Origin: Actinomycetota bacterium
GTDB taxonomy: Bacteria > Actinomycetota > Actinomycetes > Actinomycetales > Microbacteriaceae
Direction of reading: 5' to 3'
NCBI GenBank assembly: GCA_046049845.1
Contig: JBJOQP010000001.1
Span: 27,824 to 91,823, forward strand
DNA length: 64,000 nucleotides
Below the pieces are notes generated by a model. It searched no databases, was not told the origin of the DNA, and saw only the letters and a list, made by a program, of their open reading frames with translations. A program made the position numbers and the translations under genes. Shown in pieces: positions 10,182-21,477 of the stretch. Position 1 is the first letter of the stretch, and each line of letters begins with the position of its first letter.

Positions 10182-12918
10182 GCAGTTTCAGCACTTGTCC
10201 CACTGAGATTCGATTTGAATTCGTGAGATTGTTCAGCTCCATCAATTTTTCAACTGTTGTCTTGAACTTAGCTGCGATTAGAGATAGTGAATCTCCAGCT
10301 TTGATTGTGTAGGTCTTTGGTTGAACGACAGGTGCAGGCTTTGGGCCAATCACCGGAGTAACACTCATTTGATCCCCCAGAGGTAAGTTCTTTAGGAAGT
10401 CATCATCAACCCAAACCAAAGGAATACCAGATAGGTTCTCAGCCTTATAGGAAGTCAGGCTCTTGAACGGTAATCGCTTGCCCTTGACTATCTTGTAGGC
10501 CTTCATGATTGTCTTCTTAGAAATTGGATCAACAAATTTGTGTCCGATGTAACGACCGAACTTCTTTGGTGAAACTGTTAGCAAGGCACAGGTAGAAGCA
10601 CTCAGTTTCGTTGATACTCCAGGAAGTTCTTTCGCATCAGCCAACGCGATTTCATGTAGTTCACCATTAGCGGCAACGTAGATATCTCCTGAACAAGAGA
10701 GCTTGAACGAGCCGAGAGTAGCACTACTTGGATAGCCGAGAAGCTGAATAGTTTTTAGAACTCTTGGCTGAGCAAGTTTCAACTTCATTGACTTGTCATT
10801 GAATGTGATCATGCTGGTAGGTGAATCAATGATTCCCATGACTCCTGTTTTAGCATTCTTGACTACCAGACCAACTGGAAGAACCATCACGCTCTTCGGA
10901 ATGAAACTCATTCCAGAGATGCTTACAGGAACAACATCAATGGTTGAAAGAGTAGGTTGCAATGCAACTCTGTCGGCCTCGTTATAGGTAGCTCGAATAA
11001 CTCCATCTCTCAAAAGATAGATAGTTACCTGTCCGTCGGCTCTAATCAAATGTGAGTCAGTTACGGTCGAATCTGTAGTGGTGAACTTCTCAGCTAGAGC
11101 ATTTGAAACTTTCACGGCAGCACTAGTCCAGTTGGATGGGCTATCAATGAGGGTCTTTCCTCTCTTAGTTAGCATCCAATACTGATTTGAGTCATCGACA
11201 ATCAAACTCTTTAGAGGCTTAGCTTTAGGAAGTTTGCTCAAACCATTCGTGCTCAATTTTCCTTTGCTGGCTCTAAATATCTTCGTGAAGTCGATGTCTT
11301 TTTTGGTACCTGGATCAATCTGATAAATCTGCCCGCCAGTGAGAATAACGTCGGCACCAACATCTTTGTAAGTAAACAGGCTTCCATCAATTGCTATCGG
11401 TGGACCCCACGGTAGGTAATCAAAATCTTGAAGAGTTAGAGGTGATGGAGCAGTGGCAGGAACCCCCTCAGCGGTAAGCGAAGCATCGTCAAGTACTTCT
11501 CTCTTCGTTCCATTTTGTAGATAGACCTTTGATCCATCGGCAAGATTAATCATGGATGAGATACCTAGGTTTGAAGCTGTGAGCCTTGTAGTAACTAATG
11601 CATCTAGTTCGGCTGTCTTTAGAGCCTTAGCAGTGGTGCAGCTAAAACCAAGGGTAGAAATCTTGGCGCAATCTACCGGGTACTTCCTGGTTGCATTTAC
11701 TAAGAAGTAAGAAGCAACTGCTGGAGCAACAGGGATGCTCTTTACAACTCCAGTAATGTCAGGTCGGAACGCTCCAGTTGGCAGAGCATCCAGTTGAACC
11801 TGAGTCATCTGAACTGCTTTTGTGCAATCCAGACCCAGGTTAGTTGCCTGTTCACATGAAGCAATAAGGTACTTCTTGCCATCAGCGATGAAGTAATAAG
11901 TGCTCACGTTATTTACCGGTGCGCTCTTAATAATGCGAGTCAACGGAATGCCAGTCTTGAATGAATCTAGATACTCTGTAGAAATTTCTCCCAAAGGTCC
12001 AAGAGGTGCTAGTTCTTTAACTAATTCAGGATCAGTCAGCGGATACTTAACATCATTTGAGATGAAGTATGGGTCGCTAGTGGCGCTCTTTAACAAGAAG
12101 CCACCACCAATAGGACTACCAAACCAATCCCAGTAGAAGCGCCAGAAGTTTCTATTTCCATAAGAAGAACAGGTATCCCCAGTTCCTCGAAGATTAGCTA
12201 GAGAAGCTTTGTTAGGCACAAATGGTGTGTAGTAGTAAAGGTTCGCAGTTGCCTGGTTCTTTAGGGTGAAAGTTAGCTTTCCACAGTTTCTAGACGCAGA
12301 TGGGTGATAAGAAATTGAAACTTGTCTACCAGGACGAAGGTAAGTGAATGACCCATTCGGATCTCCGTACCACTGATACTGCCCTGCTGCTTTGTAAAGC
12401 TGATTGAACAAACCAGTCCAAACTTTTCCACAGATACCAGGATCACTGTCTGGACAGCCATAACCCATAGCTGCTCTATACATATACGGAGATGGGATTC
12501 TTGCTTGAACTAGACCCTGCTCTTTTTGCAAAGTAACTAAAAGCACTCTTGGGTTGATCCCACAGGCTCTAGAAATGTTGTAGATGATTTGCGCTGCAGA
12601 AATGTTCTTTTGAGCTGGCATGTATTTACATTTGCCAACTTCAGCAATCTTCTCCGGGGTGTCTGTTTTGTAATTCTTCAAGCACGGCATACCTGAAGAG
12701 CTAGACCCACAGACAGGAACTTGCGAATCCAAGAAGCGTTGAATATCAGCAGCGGTCATTGTGCCAAAATCAAAAAACACGCTGTCACTGATGATTAGAC
12801 CTGGATCAAAGTTCTTTCCATCTAATGCAGTGGCAGGTTGAATAGCGGTCAGGCCAAAAGAAGTAAGCAGTGCTACCAGCACTGCCACTACCCCTTTGGT
12901 CAACCGGCTGTAAATCAC
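10171..12918 (-). CDS. Secreted multidomain cell-wall protein: putative lysozyme-like N-domain, degenerate repeats, C-terminal LysM
   Basis: Signal peptide; INPRVLLVTLQKEQGLV...MGYGCPD...LYYYTP domain; C-terminal YTIKAGDSLSLIA...LMELNNL...ISVGQVLKLP (LysM). Confidence 0.75.
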   Translation of the reverse strand: MIYSRLTKGVVAVLVALLTSFGLTAIQPATALDGKNFDPGLIISDSVFFDFGTMTAADIQRFLDSQVPVCGSSSSGMPCLKNYKTDTPEKIAEVGKCKYMPAQKNISAAQIIYNISRACGINPRVLLVTLQKEQGLVQARIPSPYMYRAAMGYGCPDSDPGICGKVWTGLFNQLYKAAGQYQWYGDPNGSFTYLRPGRQVSISYHPSASRNCGKLTFTLKNQATANLYYYTPFVPNKASLANLRGTGDTCSSYGNRNFWRFYWDWFGSPIGGGFLLKSATSDPYFISNDVKYPLTDPELVKELAPLGPLGEISTEYLDSFKTGIPLTRIIKSAPVNNVSTYYFIADGKKYLIASCEQATNLGLDCTKAVQMTQVQLDALPTGAFRPDITGVVKSIPVAPAVASYFLVNATRKYPVDCAKISTLGFSCTTAKALKTAELDALVTTRLTASNLGISSMINLADGSKVYLQNGTKREVLDDASLTAEGVPATAPSPLTLQDFDYLPWGPPIAIDGSLFTYKDVGADVILTGGQIYQIDPGTKKDIDFTKIFRASKGKLSTNGLSKLPKAKPLKSLIVDDSNQYWMLTKRGKTLIDSPSNWTSAAVKVSNALAEKFTTTDSTVTDSHLIRADGQVTIYLLRDGVIRATYNEADRVALQPTLSTIDVVPVSISGMSFIPKSVMVLPVGLVVKNAKTGVMGIIDSPTSMITFNDKSMKLKLAQPRVLKTIQLLGYPSSATLGSFKLSCSGDIYVAANGELHEIALADAKELPGVSTKLSASTCALLTVSPKKFGRYIGHKFVDPISKKTIMKAYKIVKGKRLPFKSLTSYKAENLSGIPLVWVDDDFLKNLPLGDQMSVTPVIGPKPAPVVQPKTYTIKAGDSLSLIAAKFKTTVEKLMELNNLTNSNRISVGQVLKLPSA

Positions 12919-13394
12919 GGAATAACTACCGAGCTTCCAGCTGATTCGCCTGCGTGAGAAGTTGAGTCATATTTGACGCTAACTACACCTGCCCCCTTAG
13001 CCAAATCGCCTAGAAGAAATTCCATGGTTCTACACTGCGTATTTGAAGCATTTGATTCAGCTTTCACTGATACAGATGTGCTCTTGCTGCCATTGGTGAA
13101 AGTGGCAGTACAGGTTCCACCTTCCTCACTGAAGTTAGTGATCTGGGCCACAACCTGAAGAACACCATTCTGAGTGTCAACGTAAGCGTCAAGTATCTCA
13201 ACCGTCGCCGGGTCCTTAGTAGGCTCCGGGGTCTCGGTTTCAGTAGGGGTGACAGTCGGCTCTGGAGTTTCAGTTTCCGTAGCTGTTGGGCTTGGGCTAT
13301 CCGTTGGCTTACCCATGTTTGGGTACAGCAAGGAACATCCAGATACTGTGCCAGCCAAAATAACTGCCATTAGTGCAATTCTGAGGTTTTTCAT
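12915..13394 (-). CDS. Lipoprotein with a Pro/Thr/Glu linker and a small beta-rich domain
   Basis: Lipobox VSGC; PTxTETETPEPT repeats; two Cys in the C-terminal domain. Confidence 0.75.
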   Translation of the reverse strand: MKNLRIALMAVILAGTVSGCSLLYPNMGKPTDSPSPTATETETPEPTVTPTETETPEPTKDPATVEILDAYVDTQNGVLQVVAQITNFSEEGGTCTATFTNGSKSTSVSVKAESNASNTQCRTMEFLLGDLAKGAGVVSVKYDSTSHAGESAGSSVVIP

Positions 13395-13449
13395 GAATCC
13401 AGACTAACTTTTAGAACTGTGAAATCTCTTCTGCGAAACTGGGAGAAAC

Positions 13450-14835
13450 CTATTTATACTTCTTGATTTTCTGCTGAATTAGTTGACGCATAAGGCGGAA
13501 GTCTGGGTTATTTGCCTCAATTGTTGGGCTGGTAAGTTGCAAACTCTTCAGTCCGCTAGATCTGGCTTTCAGAGCAAGATCCATAAGTGTTGGGAGTGAA
13601 CTTCCTGGAATGTCAGTCTTGATGAGCTTGGCACCTGCTCCTGCAACAGCATTGAGTTTGAAAAGCAGTGTTTGCAAATCTATCTTCTTCAGGACTATGT
13701 TCTGAATTTCTCTCTGTCGCTTCATTCGGTCATAGTCATTGGTGTTGTGTCGAGATCTTGCATACCAAAGAGCAGTGCGACCATCCATATTCTGAATGCC
13801 TTTTTCAATCCAACCAAGAGCATCTGGGCAAATAGATTCGTGTTCATTGTCAGCAGGGTAACAATCTTGCTGTCCACCAATTGGAAGAGCCTTCTTCACA
13901 TTGACTCTGATTCCGCCCAGTGCATCAATCAGTTCGACGAATGAATCCATGTTGATTAGAACATAAGCATCAATCTCAAGACCTGTGACCCACTCGACTG
14001 CAGATCTGGTTGCTTCAATTCCTGCAGTAGAACCTTTTTTACCAATACCTGGGTAAAGATCTTTGTGGTTATCCATTGTGACTTTGTAGATGGAGCTTAG
14101 GAAACACTCACCTTCACAGTTGTTGTTAAAACCATAAGGATAAACACTTCTGATTGGTGTGCCCTCTTTGAATTGAATCCTCTGTAGGTTTCTTGGCAAA
14201 CCAATGTTTACCGCCATCCCTGTTTCAGCGCTGACGCTTAGAACAGAGATGCTATCTGGACGTAGACCCATGCGATTAGCACCTGAGTCTCCACCTAGCA
14301 ACAGAATGTTGTATCTGCCCTTAGTTGGTTCAAAGGCCTCTGAGTTCTTGAATGTTGTGGCTGTGAAGTTCGAAGCTGCTAGAGCAGTAGATCCAATTGT
14401 GTTGGCAACATACCCATTGAAAGTTCCGGTTAGAAGAATCAAAACTACAAGAATCGACTTGAACCTCATAGTGACTCTATGCAAATACATCAGACGCAAG
14501 GCATCTAATGTGGTTAGAACTATCAAAGCCGAATAGACAACGAAGGCGATACCAATAGGTGTTGCAAGTACCGGTGAAGAAATAAGAGTAAAGAGAGCCA
14601 CTTTGGAAACTAGAGCGAATAAAGCTGCAACAACTAGGAAAGACCAGAACCCTAGTGTGAAGATAATCCCTAAGCGACCAAACTTCTTATTACCTGCAAC
14701 AACCTGAACAGAACCAGGAACAAAAAGGTTAAGAGCAATAATCCAGCCAGCTCTTTTGACTAATTGCCTCGAGTCGGCTCTCTCAACATTGCGAAAAGGA
14801 GTATTAGGTTCGCGAGAATTAATTCTTGAACTCAT
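13450..14835 (-). CDS. LytR-CpsA-Psr (LCP) family cell-wall ligase
   Basis: [43 protein letters not shown]. Confidence 0.9.
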   Translation of the reverse strand: MSSRINSREPNTPFRNVERADSRQLVKRAGWIIALNLFVPGSVQVVAGNKKFGRLGIIFTLGFWSFLVVAALFALVSKVALFTLISSPVLATPIGIAFVVYSALIVLTTLDALRLMYLHRVTMRFKSILVVLILLTGTFNGYVANTIGSTALAASNFTATTFKNSEAFEPTKGRYNILLLGGDSGANRMGLRPDSISVLSVSAETGMAVNIGLPRNLQRIQFKEGTPIRSVYPYGFNNNCEGECFLSSIYKVTMDNHKDLYPGIGKKGSTAGIEATRSAVEWVTGLEIDAYVLINMDSFVELIDALGGIRVNVKKALPIGGQQDCYPADNEHESICPDALGWIEKGIQNMDGRTALWYARSRHNTNDYDRMKRQREIQNIVLKKIDLQTLLFKLNAVAGAGAKLIKTDIPGSSLPTLMDLALKARSSGLKSLQLTSPTIEANNPDFRLMRQLIQQKIKKYK

Positions 14836-15326
14836 AACTTGGATTTGAGGTTCTTATTCTTTGTGGCAACCTGATCGGCTAGATCAACACTGAAAGCTTC
14901 AAGAGCCTTGGCGACCTTTGGATCGAATGCTCCGATGATTCGAGCAGCCAAGATTCCTGCATTTCTAGCTCCGTCAATTGAAACAGTTGCGACTGGAATG
15001 CCTGCAGGCATCTGAACAATAGAAAGAAGTGAATCCATGCCATCTAGGCTCTTGAGCTTCACCGGAACTCCAACAACAGGAAGCGTGGTTACAGAGGCAA
15101 TCATGCCTGGAAGGTGAGCTGCACCACCTGCTCCAGCAATAATGACTTTGATCCCTCGACCGGCCGCAGCTTTTCCCCACTCCATCATGAGATCAGGGGT
15201 TCTGTGAGCTGAGAGGACTTCAACCTCGTACTCAATACCAAATTCTTTTAGGGCTTGAGCTGCATCGCTCATTACAGCCCAGTCGCTATCGGAACCCATT
15301 ACAACTCCAACTAGTGCTTGAGCCAT
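14832..15326 (-). CDS. purE: N5-CAIR mutase
   Basis: [39 protein letters not shown]. Confidence 0.97.
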   Translation of the reverse strand: MAQALVGVVMGSDSDWAVMSDAAQALKEFGIEYEVEVLSAHRTPDLMMEWGKAAAGRGIKVIIAGAGGAAHLPGMIASVTTLPVVGVPVKLKSLDGMDSLLSIVQMPAGIPVATVSIDGARNAGILAARIIGAFDPKVAKALEAFSVDLADQVATKNKNLKSKL

Positions 15327-15407
15327 GGGATTCTCCTAAATAGATGCTGCGAACAACGCAGATAATTGCTTCCCTTTGATTTTAGATTCGCAACTACTAA
15401 AAACTGG

Positions 15408-16508
15408 TTAGGCTTGCAGCCCTTTCCAGACCACTGTGGCTATCCGCCTTGCGTCTGCCAAGGATTCATCAGATAGAGCGGTGATGTGCCCCATCTTTCT
15501 TCCAGCTCTAGGAGCTTTGCCATAGACGTGAACACTGGCTCCATCGATCTCACGATCAGACAATCCATAGTCATTTGAGTCATTTTGCCCAAGAATATTC
15601 AGCATCACTGAGAAAGTCTTAGATGGAGAGGTATCTCCCAGAGTCTCATTAGCAACTGCTCTAATGTGTTGTTCGAATTGGCTGGTCTTTGACCCCTCGA
15701 TACTGAAGTGACCTGAGTTGTGTGGACGCATCGCAAGTTCATTCACTAGAAGATGTCCATCTGCAGTTTCAAAGAGTTCAACCGCTAAGACACCTGTTAC
15801 ATCTAAGCCTTCAGCAATAGTCTTCGCGATACTAGAAGCCAATTCGTAGTTTGCACTTGGAGCAGGTGAATTAACTTCTGCACACACACCATCTTTTTGG
15901 ATGGTCTCAACTAGATTCCAACTCGACCAGTCACCCGATCTGTTCCTTGCAGAAAGTTGAGCAAGCTCTCTAGTGAAGTTAACCTTCTCTTCGACTAGCA
16001 GTGGTTGATTCTTCTCTAGCCAATCGCTTGCGTCTGCACTTGATCTAACTACCCTGACGCCTTTGCCGTCGTAGCCACCGGTTGGAGTTTTTAGAATTGC
16101 AACTCCGCCGTGAGCTTGGATAAAAGTATCTAGTTCTAAAGCAGTGGTAACTCTCGCCCAAGCAGGACATGGAACACCTAGTTCGCTCAGCTTGGTTCTC
16201 ATGTCTAATTTGTTTTGTGCAAAACGCAGAGCCTTAGAAGATGGCTCGACTATGAAACCCTCGGACTCTAGAGTTTCCAGAATTGAAAGTGGAACATGTT
16301 CGTGGTCAAAGGTGATGACATCAACTGTCTTGGCAAACTCTCTAACTACTTCAAGATTGTTGTAGTCGCCAACTCTTGTTGCAGCAGCCTGAGCCGGGCT
16401 GTCTTCTGTTTCAGCTAGAACCTTTATCTCTAGTCCCATGGCCCGAGCAGGAGCAATCATCATGCGAGCCAACTGCCCGCCACCAATAACTCCAACTGAT
16501 TTAGTCAC
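15408..16508 (-). CDS. purK: N5-CAIR synthetase
   Basis: GGGQLARM, TFDHEH, GGYDGKG, NELAMRPHNSGH, RKMGH. Confidence 0.96.
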   Translation of the reverse strand: MTKSVGVIGGGQLARMMIAPARAMGLEIKVLAETEDSPAQAAATRVGDYNNLEVVREFAKTVDVITFDHEHVPLSILETLESEGFIVEPSSKALRFAQNKLDMRTKLSELGVPCPAWARVTTALELDTFIQAHGGVAILKTPTGGYDGKGVRVVRSSADASDWLEKNQPLLVEEKVNFTRELAQLSARNRSGDWSSWNLVETIQKDGVCAEVNSPAPSANYELASSIAKTIAEGLDVTGVLAVELFETADGHLLVNELAMRPHNSGHFSIEGSKTSQFEQHIRAVANETLGDTSPSKTFSVMLNILGQNDSNDYGLSDREIDGASVHVYGKAPRAGRKMGHITALSDESLADARRIATVVWKGLQA

Positions 16509-16511
16509 GTT

Positions 16512-16997
16512 CTATTTTCTCATTCCGCTAGTTCGTGATCTCTTGGCAAGAAATTGTTCGATTTCTTTGGAAAGCCTCTTGGCTCTTGGAACTCTATTCA
16601 AAACCAAGTCCTGCCCAAATTCTCGGTGAAGGCGAATGTCTCCAGCACCCTGGAACCAAGCACTCACACCTCTAGAGATGCTCACCCCAGTTATTTCTCC
16701 CCAAGCTGCCTCTTCGGTCTTCGTTCCAAACAAACCGGAGTGGGCGACAACTCGAGTACTAGTTAGCTCATACCTATTGGTGAAGAACTTGAGTGAGGGA
16801 ATGAACCAGAGCAGTAGCCCAATGACTAAAACGATTCCGAGCAGCAATTGATGCTGCCAGATTTCTGTCAGTCTCCAGTCAAGGAAGAAGAACAGTGCCG
16901 CATCTAAGGACAAAAAGATAACTGGATAAATTAGGGCAGCACCATGTCTTCGGAGAACTACGAAGCTTTGCTCTTCGAAAGGCTGGGATGCGGACAT
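16512..16997 (-). CDS. Membrane protein with a bacterial PH domain
   Basis: Two TM helices, then YELTSTRVV..SG...ITGVSI..G.GDI. Confidence 0.7.
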   Translation of the reverse strand: MSASQPFEEQSFVVLRRHGAALIYPVIFLSLDAALFFFLDWRLTEIWQHQLLLGIVLVIGLLLWFIPSLKFFTNRYELTSTRVVAHSGLFGTKTEEAAWGEITGVSISRGVSAWFQGAGDIRLHREFGQDLVLNRVPRAKRLSKEIEQFLAKRSRTSGMRK

Positions 16998-17001
16998 CTA
17001 A

Positions 17002-17784
17002 CTATTGTCGCAAGTGTTGAATGTCGCCCGCTGCAACGGCACGAATCTCTAATGGATCTGACATTGCAACCAGTAGTCGACCTGTGGCATCTAGCCCCAC
17101 GCCTTTACCTGAGAAATCTGTTCCATCTGGCAAGAGCACTTTCACATTTGAACCAATTGTTGAGGAGGCATCTTGGACGGCTTGTCTCAATCCAGAAACT
17201 TCCGCGTCTCCCTTAGCATCTGATAGCTCTTCATAGAGTCTCTTGAATGACGCTAAGTATCTGACCAAGACATCATCGAGTTCAAAGTTGGTAACACCGT
17301 GCAAAGCTAGAGAAGTTGCACTTTCAATAGGAAGTTGCTCCTTGGTCTGTCTGAGGTTCAGACCTGCACCTATAACAACGCCATCGCCTGATGGAAGAAC
17401 TTCAGCTAACAGCCCAGAGATCTTCTCCCCCGCAACAAGAACATCATTAGGCCACTTCAAACTGACCGGAGCATCTTCAATAAGAGATGAAACGGCATTC
17501 TTCATAGCTAGCCCAGCAAGAAGGGGAAGCCAACCGAAACTGCCCATTCCGAAGGTGGTTGGCTTCAGCAATACGGAGACGGCTAGACCAGCACCTGGTT
17601 CAGAAACCCACTGCCGATCAAGTCTTCCTCTGCCAGAATTCTGATTTTCAGTAAGAAGAACTGAAAAATCAGTCCATAACTCTGGATTATTCACTGCAAA
17701 AGACAGTAAATCGCTGTTTGTTGAGCCTGTTACAGGTAAATACTCAATTCTGGAGGCAAATTCGCTACTGAGTTTTAGTTCCAT
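17002..17784 (-). CDS. birA: Biotin--protein ligase without an HTH domain
   Basis: TGSTN, QNSGRGRLDRQW, LKWPNDVL, KISGLL; start at ATG 17784 (TAACCT-N7). Confidence 0.93.
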   Translation of the reverse strand: MELKLSSEFASRIEYLPVTGSTNSDLLSFAVNNPELWTDFSVLLTENQNSGRGRLDRQWVSEPGAGLAVSVLLKPTTFGMGSFGWLPLLAGLAMKNAVSSLIEDAPVSLKWPNDVLVAGEKISGLLAEVLPSGDGVVIGAGLNLRQTKEQLPIESATSLALHGVTNFELDDVLVRYLASFKRLYEELSDAKGDAEVSGLRQAVQDASSTIGSNVKVLLPDGTDFSGKGVGLDATGRLLVAMSDPLEIRAVAAGDIQHLRQ

Positions 17785-17876
17785 GAGTTCTAGGTTAGAC
17801 CCTCCAACCGACACCTCTTGGATAGAGTTGCAGTTGAGCCAGAGAACCTCTGCACAACCAAAATTGGAGACAAGCT

Positions 17877-19472
17877 TTGACCGATAAGAATACGCCTGAC
17901 CTTTCTACGACTGCAGGCAAGATCGAAGACCTACGTAACCGCTACCACGAGGCTGTTTACGCAAGCGGTGAAGCCGCCATCGCTAAACAGCACGCCAAGG
18001 GCAAGAAGACCGCTCGTGAGCGTATTGAGCTATTGCTTGACCCAGGGTCATTCGTTGAAATGGATGAGTTTGTTAGACACCGCTCAACTGCATTCGGCAT
18101 GGACAAGAACCGTCCATACGGTGACTCTGTAGTTACCGGTATCGGAACTATTGGTGGACGCCAGGTTGCACTGTTCTCTCAGGACTTCACAATCTTTGGT
18201 GGATCACTTGGTGAAGCAGCTGGAAACAAGATCATCAAGATCATGGATCTAGCTATCTCAACCGGTGTTCCTCTAATTGGAATTCTTGATTCAGGTGGTG
18301 CTCGTATTCAAGAAGGTGTTATTGCTCTGGGTAAGTACGGTGAAATCTTCAAGCGTCACACAATGGCATCCGGAGTTATCCCTCAAATTTCTATCATCAT
18401 GGGTCCAGCTGCCGGTGGTGCTGTTTACGGTCCTGCACTAACCGACTTTGTCATCATGGTTGATAAGACTTCAAACATGTTTGTTACCGGTCCTGATGTC
18501 ATTAAGACTGTTACCGGTGAAGTAGTTGAGATGGAAGAACTTGGTGGAGCTCTAGCCCACAACAAGACTTCTGGTGTTGCTCACTACCTTGCCAGTGATG
18601 AAGATGATGCACTGGACTATGCAAGAAACTTGCTTAGCTTCCTACCAGAAAACAACTTGAGCGAACCAGTTCACTACGAGAGTGAAGAAGCTTTCGAAAT
18701 CACTGACGAAGACAGAGTGCTGAACAGCATCATTCCTGATTCACCTAACCAGCCTTACTCAATGATCAAAGTTATTGAGTCAATCGTTGATGACAACCAG
18801 TTCTTGGAAGTTCAGCCTCTATTCGCACCGAACATCTTGATTGGTTTCGCTCGAGTTGCTGGACAGTCAATTGCTATTGTTGCTAACCAGCCAAGTGCAC
18901 TTGCAGGAACACTAAATATTGATGCTGCTGAAAAAGCTGCTCGCTTTGTTAGATTCGCAGATGCATTCTCAATCCCAGTGCTAACTCTTGTTGACGTCCC
19001 AGGATATCTACCTGGTGCAGATCAGGAGTGGGCTGGTGTGATTAGACGTGGAGCTAAGTTGCTATACGCATACGCTGAAGCAACTGTTCCGCTAGTAACG
19101 GTTATCACTCGTAAGGCTTACGGAGGTGCATACATCGTTATGGGCTCTAAGCAACTTGGGGCAGATATCAACCTTGCTTGGCCGACAGCTGAGATCGCAG
19201 TTATGGGTGGACAGGGTGCTGTAAACATCTTGTTCCGCGACAAGATCAAAGCTGCTGAAGAAGCTGGTGAAGATGTCAAGCAGGTACGAGCTCAGCTAGC
19301 TGCTGAATACACATACAACGTTGCTAGCCCTTACCTTGCTGCAGAACGTGGTGAGCTAGATGGAATCATCGAGCCTGCCGCTACTCGTATCAGTGTTATC
19401 AAGGCTCTAGCTGCCCTGAAGACTAAGCGAGCCACCACACCTCCTAAGAAGCACGGAAACATTCCACTGTGA
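17877..19472 (+). CDS. Acyl-CoA carboxylase carboxyltransferase beta subunit (AccD5/PccB-like)
   Basis: [40 protein letters not shown]. Confidence 0.93.
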   Translation: MTDKNTPDLSTTAGKIEDLRNRYHEAVYASGEAAIAKQHAKGKKTARERIELLLDPGSFVEMDEFVRHRSTAFGMDKNRPYGDSVVTGIGTIGGRQVALFSQDFTIFGGSLGEAAGNKIIKIMDLAISTGVPLIGILDSGGARIQEGVIALGKYGEIFKRHTMASGVIPQISIIMGPAAGGAVYGPALTDFVIMVDKTSNMFVTGPDVIKTVTGEVVEMEELGGALAHNKTSGVAHYLASDEDDALDYARNLLSFLPENNLSEPVHYESEEAFEITDEDRVLNSIIPDSPNQPYSMIKVIESIVDDNQFLEVQPLFAPNILIGFARVAGQSIAIVANQPSALAGTLNIDAAEKAARFVRFADAFSIPVLTLVDVPGYLPGADQEWAGVIRRGAKLLYAYAEATVPLVTVITRKAYGGAYIVMGSKQLGADINLAWPTAEIAVMGGQGAVNILFRDKIKAAEEAGEDVKQVRAQLAAEYTYNVASPYLAAERGELDGIIEPAATRISVIKALAALKTKRATTPPKKHGNIPL

Positions 19473-19708
19473 TGAACCCAGAGCCTATTTCTGAAACCAT
19501 CAAGGTTCTAGCTGGTAGCCCAACTCCTGAGGAGTTGGCTGCAGTTGTTGCAATCTTGGAGGCTGCTCACGCTGAGCAGGTAACAGAAGGAAAGAAGCAG
19601 GCTAAGAAGCCTGCTTCCTCTTGGAATAGAAATGCATCTATCTTTAGAAACGATCTGAACCCTGGCTTTGGCCAATGGCGTGCTCAGTATCGTCCAGGGC
19701 TGGACTAA
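19469..19708 (+). CDS. Acyl-CoA carboxylase epsilon subunit
   Basis: [15 protein letters not shown] motif, directly after the beta subunit. Confidence 0.85.
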   Translation: MMNPEPISETIKVLAGSPTPEELAAVVAILEAAHAEQVTEGKKQAKKPASSWNRNASIFRNDLNPGFGQWRAQYRPGLD

Positions 19709-19770
19709 TTACTCACTAAAACAGGACTAGATTTGTCCTAAGTAATTTGACCTACCCGAAAGGTATCAAG

Positions 19771-21435
19771 ATGTCACGTGAACCATCCAAGTTAGACCTG
19801 CTTGCTGAAGACTGGGTAAAAACTCTTGTTGATCTAAGTCCTGAATTTGCTACCTATGCAGGTTTCAAAGTTGGCGAAGACAGACTAGAAGACACCAGCC
19901 CAGAAGCTGCAGCTAATTACAACAAACTTGAAAAAGAAATGCTTGCCAAGGTTGAAGCAACTGAAGTTCGCGACGATGTGGACAAAGTCACCAAGCTTGC
20001 GATGACTTCAACATTGAAGCTAAGCGGTGAGATTTACGATTCAGGTCTTGGCAATAGAGACCTAAACCCAATCGCTTCTAACGCTCAAGGCATTAGAGAC
20101 ATCTTTGACCTATCTCCAACTGCAACAGAGGAGAACTGGTCAAACATCTCTAAGCGAATGAAGGCTGTTGATGGAGCAGTTGATGGCTACATCGAAACTC
20201 TTCGCAAGGGTATTGAAGCAAAAGACACTCCTGCAATCCGTCAGATTGTCCTAGCAACAACTCAGGCAGAACAGATTCTGGCTGCTGATGGTTTCTTCAG
20301 AAAGTTTGCCAAGAATGCAGCGCCTGAATCAGGTGAACTACCTGCATCGCTAAAAGCAGAACTTGAATCATCTGCTGAAATTGCAACTGCAGGATATGCA
20401 AAGCTTGTTGACTTCTTCAAGAATGAACTACTACCTGCAGGAAACAAGGAAGATGCAATTGGTCGCGACCGCTACCAGTTGCTCAGTGCAAGATTCCTAG
20501 GTAAGAAGGTTGATCTAGATGAGACCTACGAGTGGGGTATTGAAGAACTTGCTCGCGTAGTTGCTGAACAGAATGCAGTGGCAAATGAAATCAAGCCAGG
20601 TGCAACTGTCCAAGAAGCTATTGAGGTTCTAGATAACGATCCTTCACGCAAACTTCACGGCACCGATGAACTGCAGCGTTGGATGCAGAAACTTAGCGAT
20701 GCTGCAATTGAGAAACTAAGTGGAACCCACTTTGACATTGCAGAACCACTGAGAAAACTTGAGTGCATGATTGCTCCTACCCAGCACGGTGGTATTTACT
20801 ACACCAGCCCTACCGATGACTTCTCAAGACCGGGAAGAATGTGGTGGTCAGTTCCAGTTGGTGTAACCGAGTTCGACACTTGGAGAGAAACAACAACTGT
20901 TTATCACGAGGGTGTTCCAGGACACCACCTCCAAATTGCTCAGAAGGTTTATAACAAAGCTGAATTGAACTCATGGCGTCGTCTTGCTTCTTGGTCTTCA
21001 GGCCACGGTGAAGGTTGGGCCCTGTATGCAGAGCGTTTGATGCAGGAGCTTGGCTTCCTAGATGATCCAGGTGACCGTTTAGGAATGCTAGATGGACAGC
21101 GTATGCGTGCAGCTCGTGTTGTTCTAGACATCGGTGTTCACCTAGGCAAGCCAAGACTTGACGGAACTGGCAAGTGGGACTTCGACTACGCTCTTGATTT
21201 CATGAGCAAGAACGTCAACATGAGCGAGCAGTTCATCAACTTTGAAGTGCACCGTTACTTCGGTTGGCCTGGTCAGGCTCCTTCATACAAGATTGGTCAG
21301 CGTATCTGGGAAAACATCCGTGATGAATACAAGGTTCGTCAAGGCGCTAACTTCAATATCAAGGACTTCCACATGAAAGCTTTGAACTTGGGAAGCGTTG
21401 GATTAGATACACTAGAAACAGCGTTGCTGGGATAG
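19771..21435 (+). CDS. DUF885 family metallopeptidase-like protein
   Basis: YHEGVPGHHLQ, EGWALYAE, RAARVVLDIGVH, PGQAPSYKIG; GAAAGG RBS before ATG 19771. Confidence 0.85.
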   Translation: MSREPSKLDLLAEDWVKTLVDLSPEFATYAGFKVGEDRLEDTSPEAAANYNKLEKEMLAKVEATEVRDDVDKVTKLAMTSTLKLSGEIYDSGLGNRDLNPIASNAQGIRDIFDLSPTATEENWSNISKRMKAVDGAVDGYIETLRKGIEAKDTPAIRQIVLATTQAEQILAADGFFRKFAKNAAPESGELPASLKAELESSAEIATAGYAKLVDFFKNELLPAGNKEDAIGRDRYQLLSARFLGKKVDLDETYEWGIEELARVVAEQNAVANEIKPGATVQEAIEVLDNDPSRKLHGTDELQRWMQKLSDAAIEKLSGTHFDIAEPLRKLECMIAPTQHGGIYYTSPTDDFSRPGRMWWSVPVGVTEFDTWRETTTVYHEGVPGHHLQIAQKVYNKAELNSWRRLASWSSGHGEGWALYAERLMQELGFLDDPGDRLGMLDGQRMRAARVVLDIGVHLGKPRLDGTGKWDFDYALDFMSKNVNMSEQFINFEVHRYFGWPGQAPSYKIGQRIWENIRDEYKVRQGANFNIKDFHMKALNLGSVGLDTLETALLG

Positions 21436-21448
21436 CAAACGACGGTCC

Positions 21449-21475
21449 GAAACCCCCTTCATTGAAGGGGGTTTC
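21449..21475. terminator. Perfect inverted repeat GAAACCCCCTTCA-T-TGAAGGGGGTTTC; probable terminator of the DUF885 gene
   Basis: 13-bp arms, 13 nt after the stop codon, followed by AACTTTTT. Confidence 0.65.
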
Positions 21476-21477
21476 AA

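Noticed and set aside
15327-15407. 81-bp purK-purE spacer with a small hairpin, considered as a purine or ZTP riboswitch
   Set aside because: No riboswitch consensus; TAAAAT plus an AGGAG RBS is explained by a simple internal promoter.
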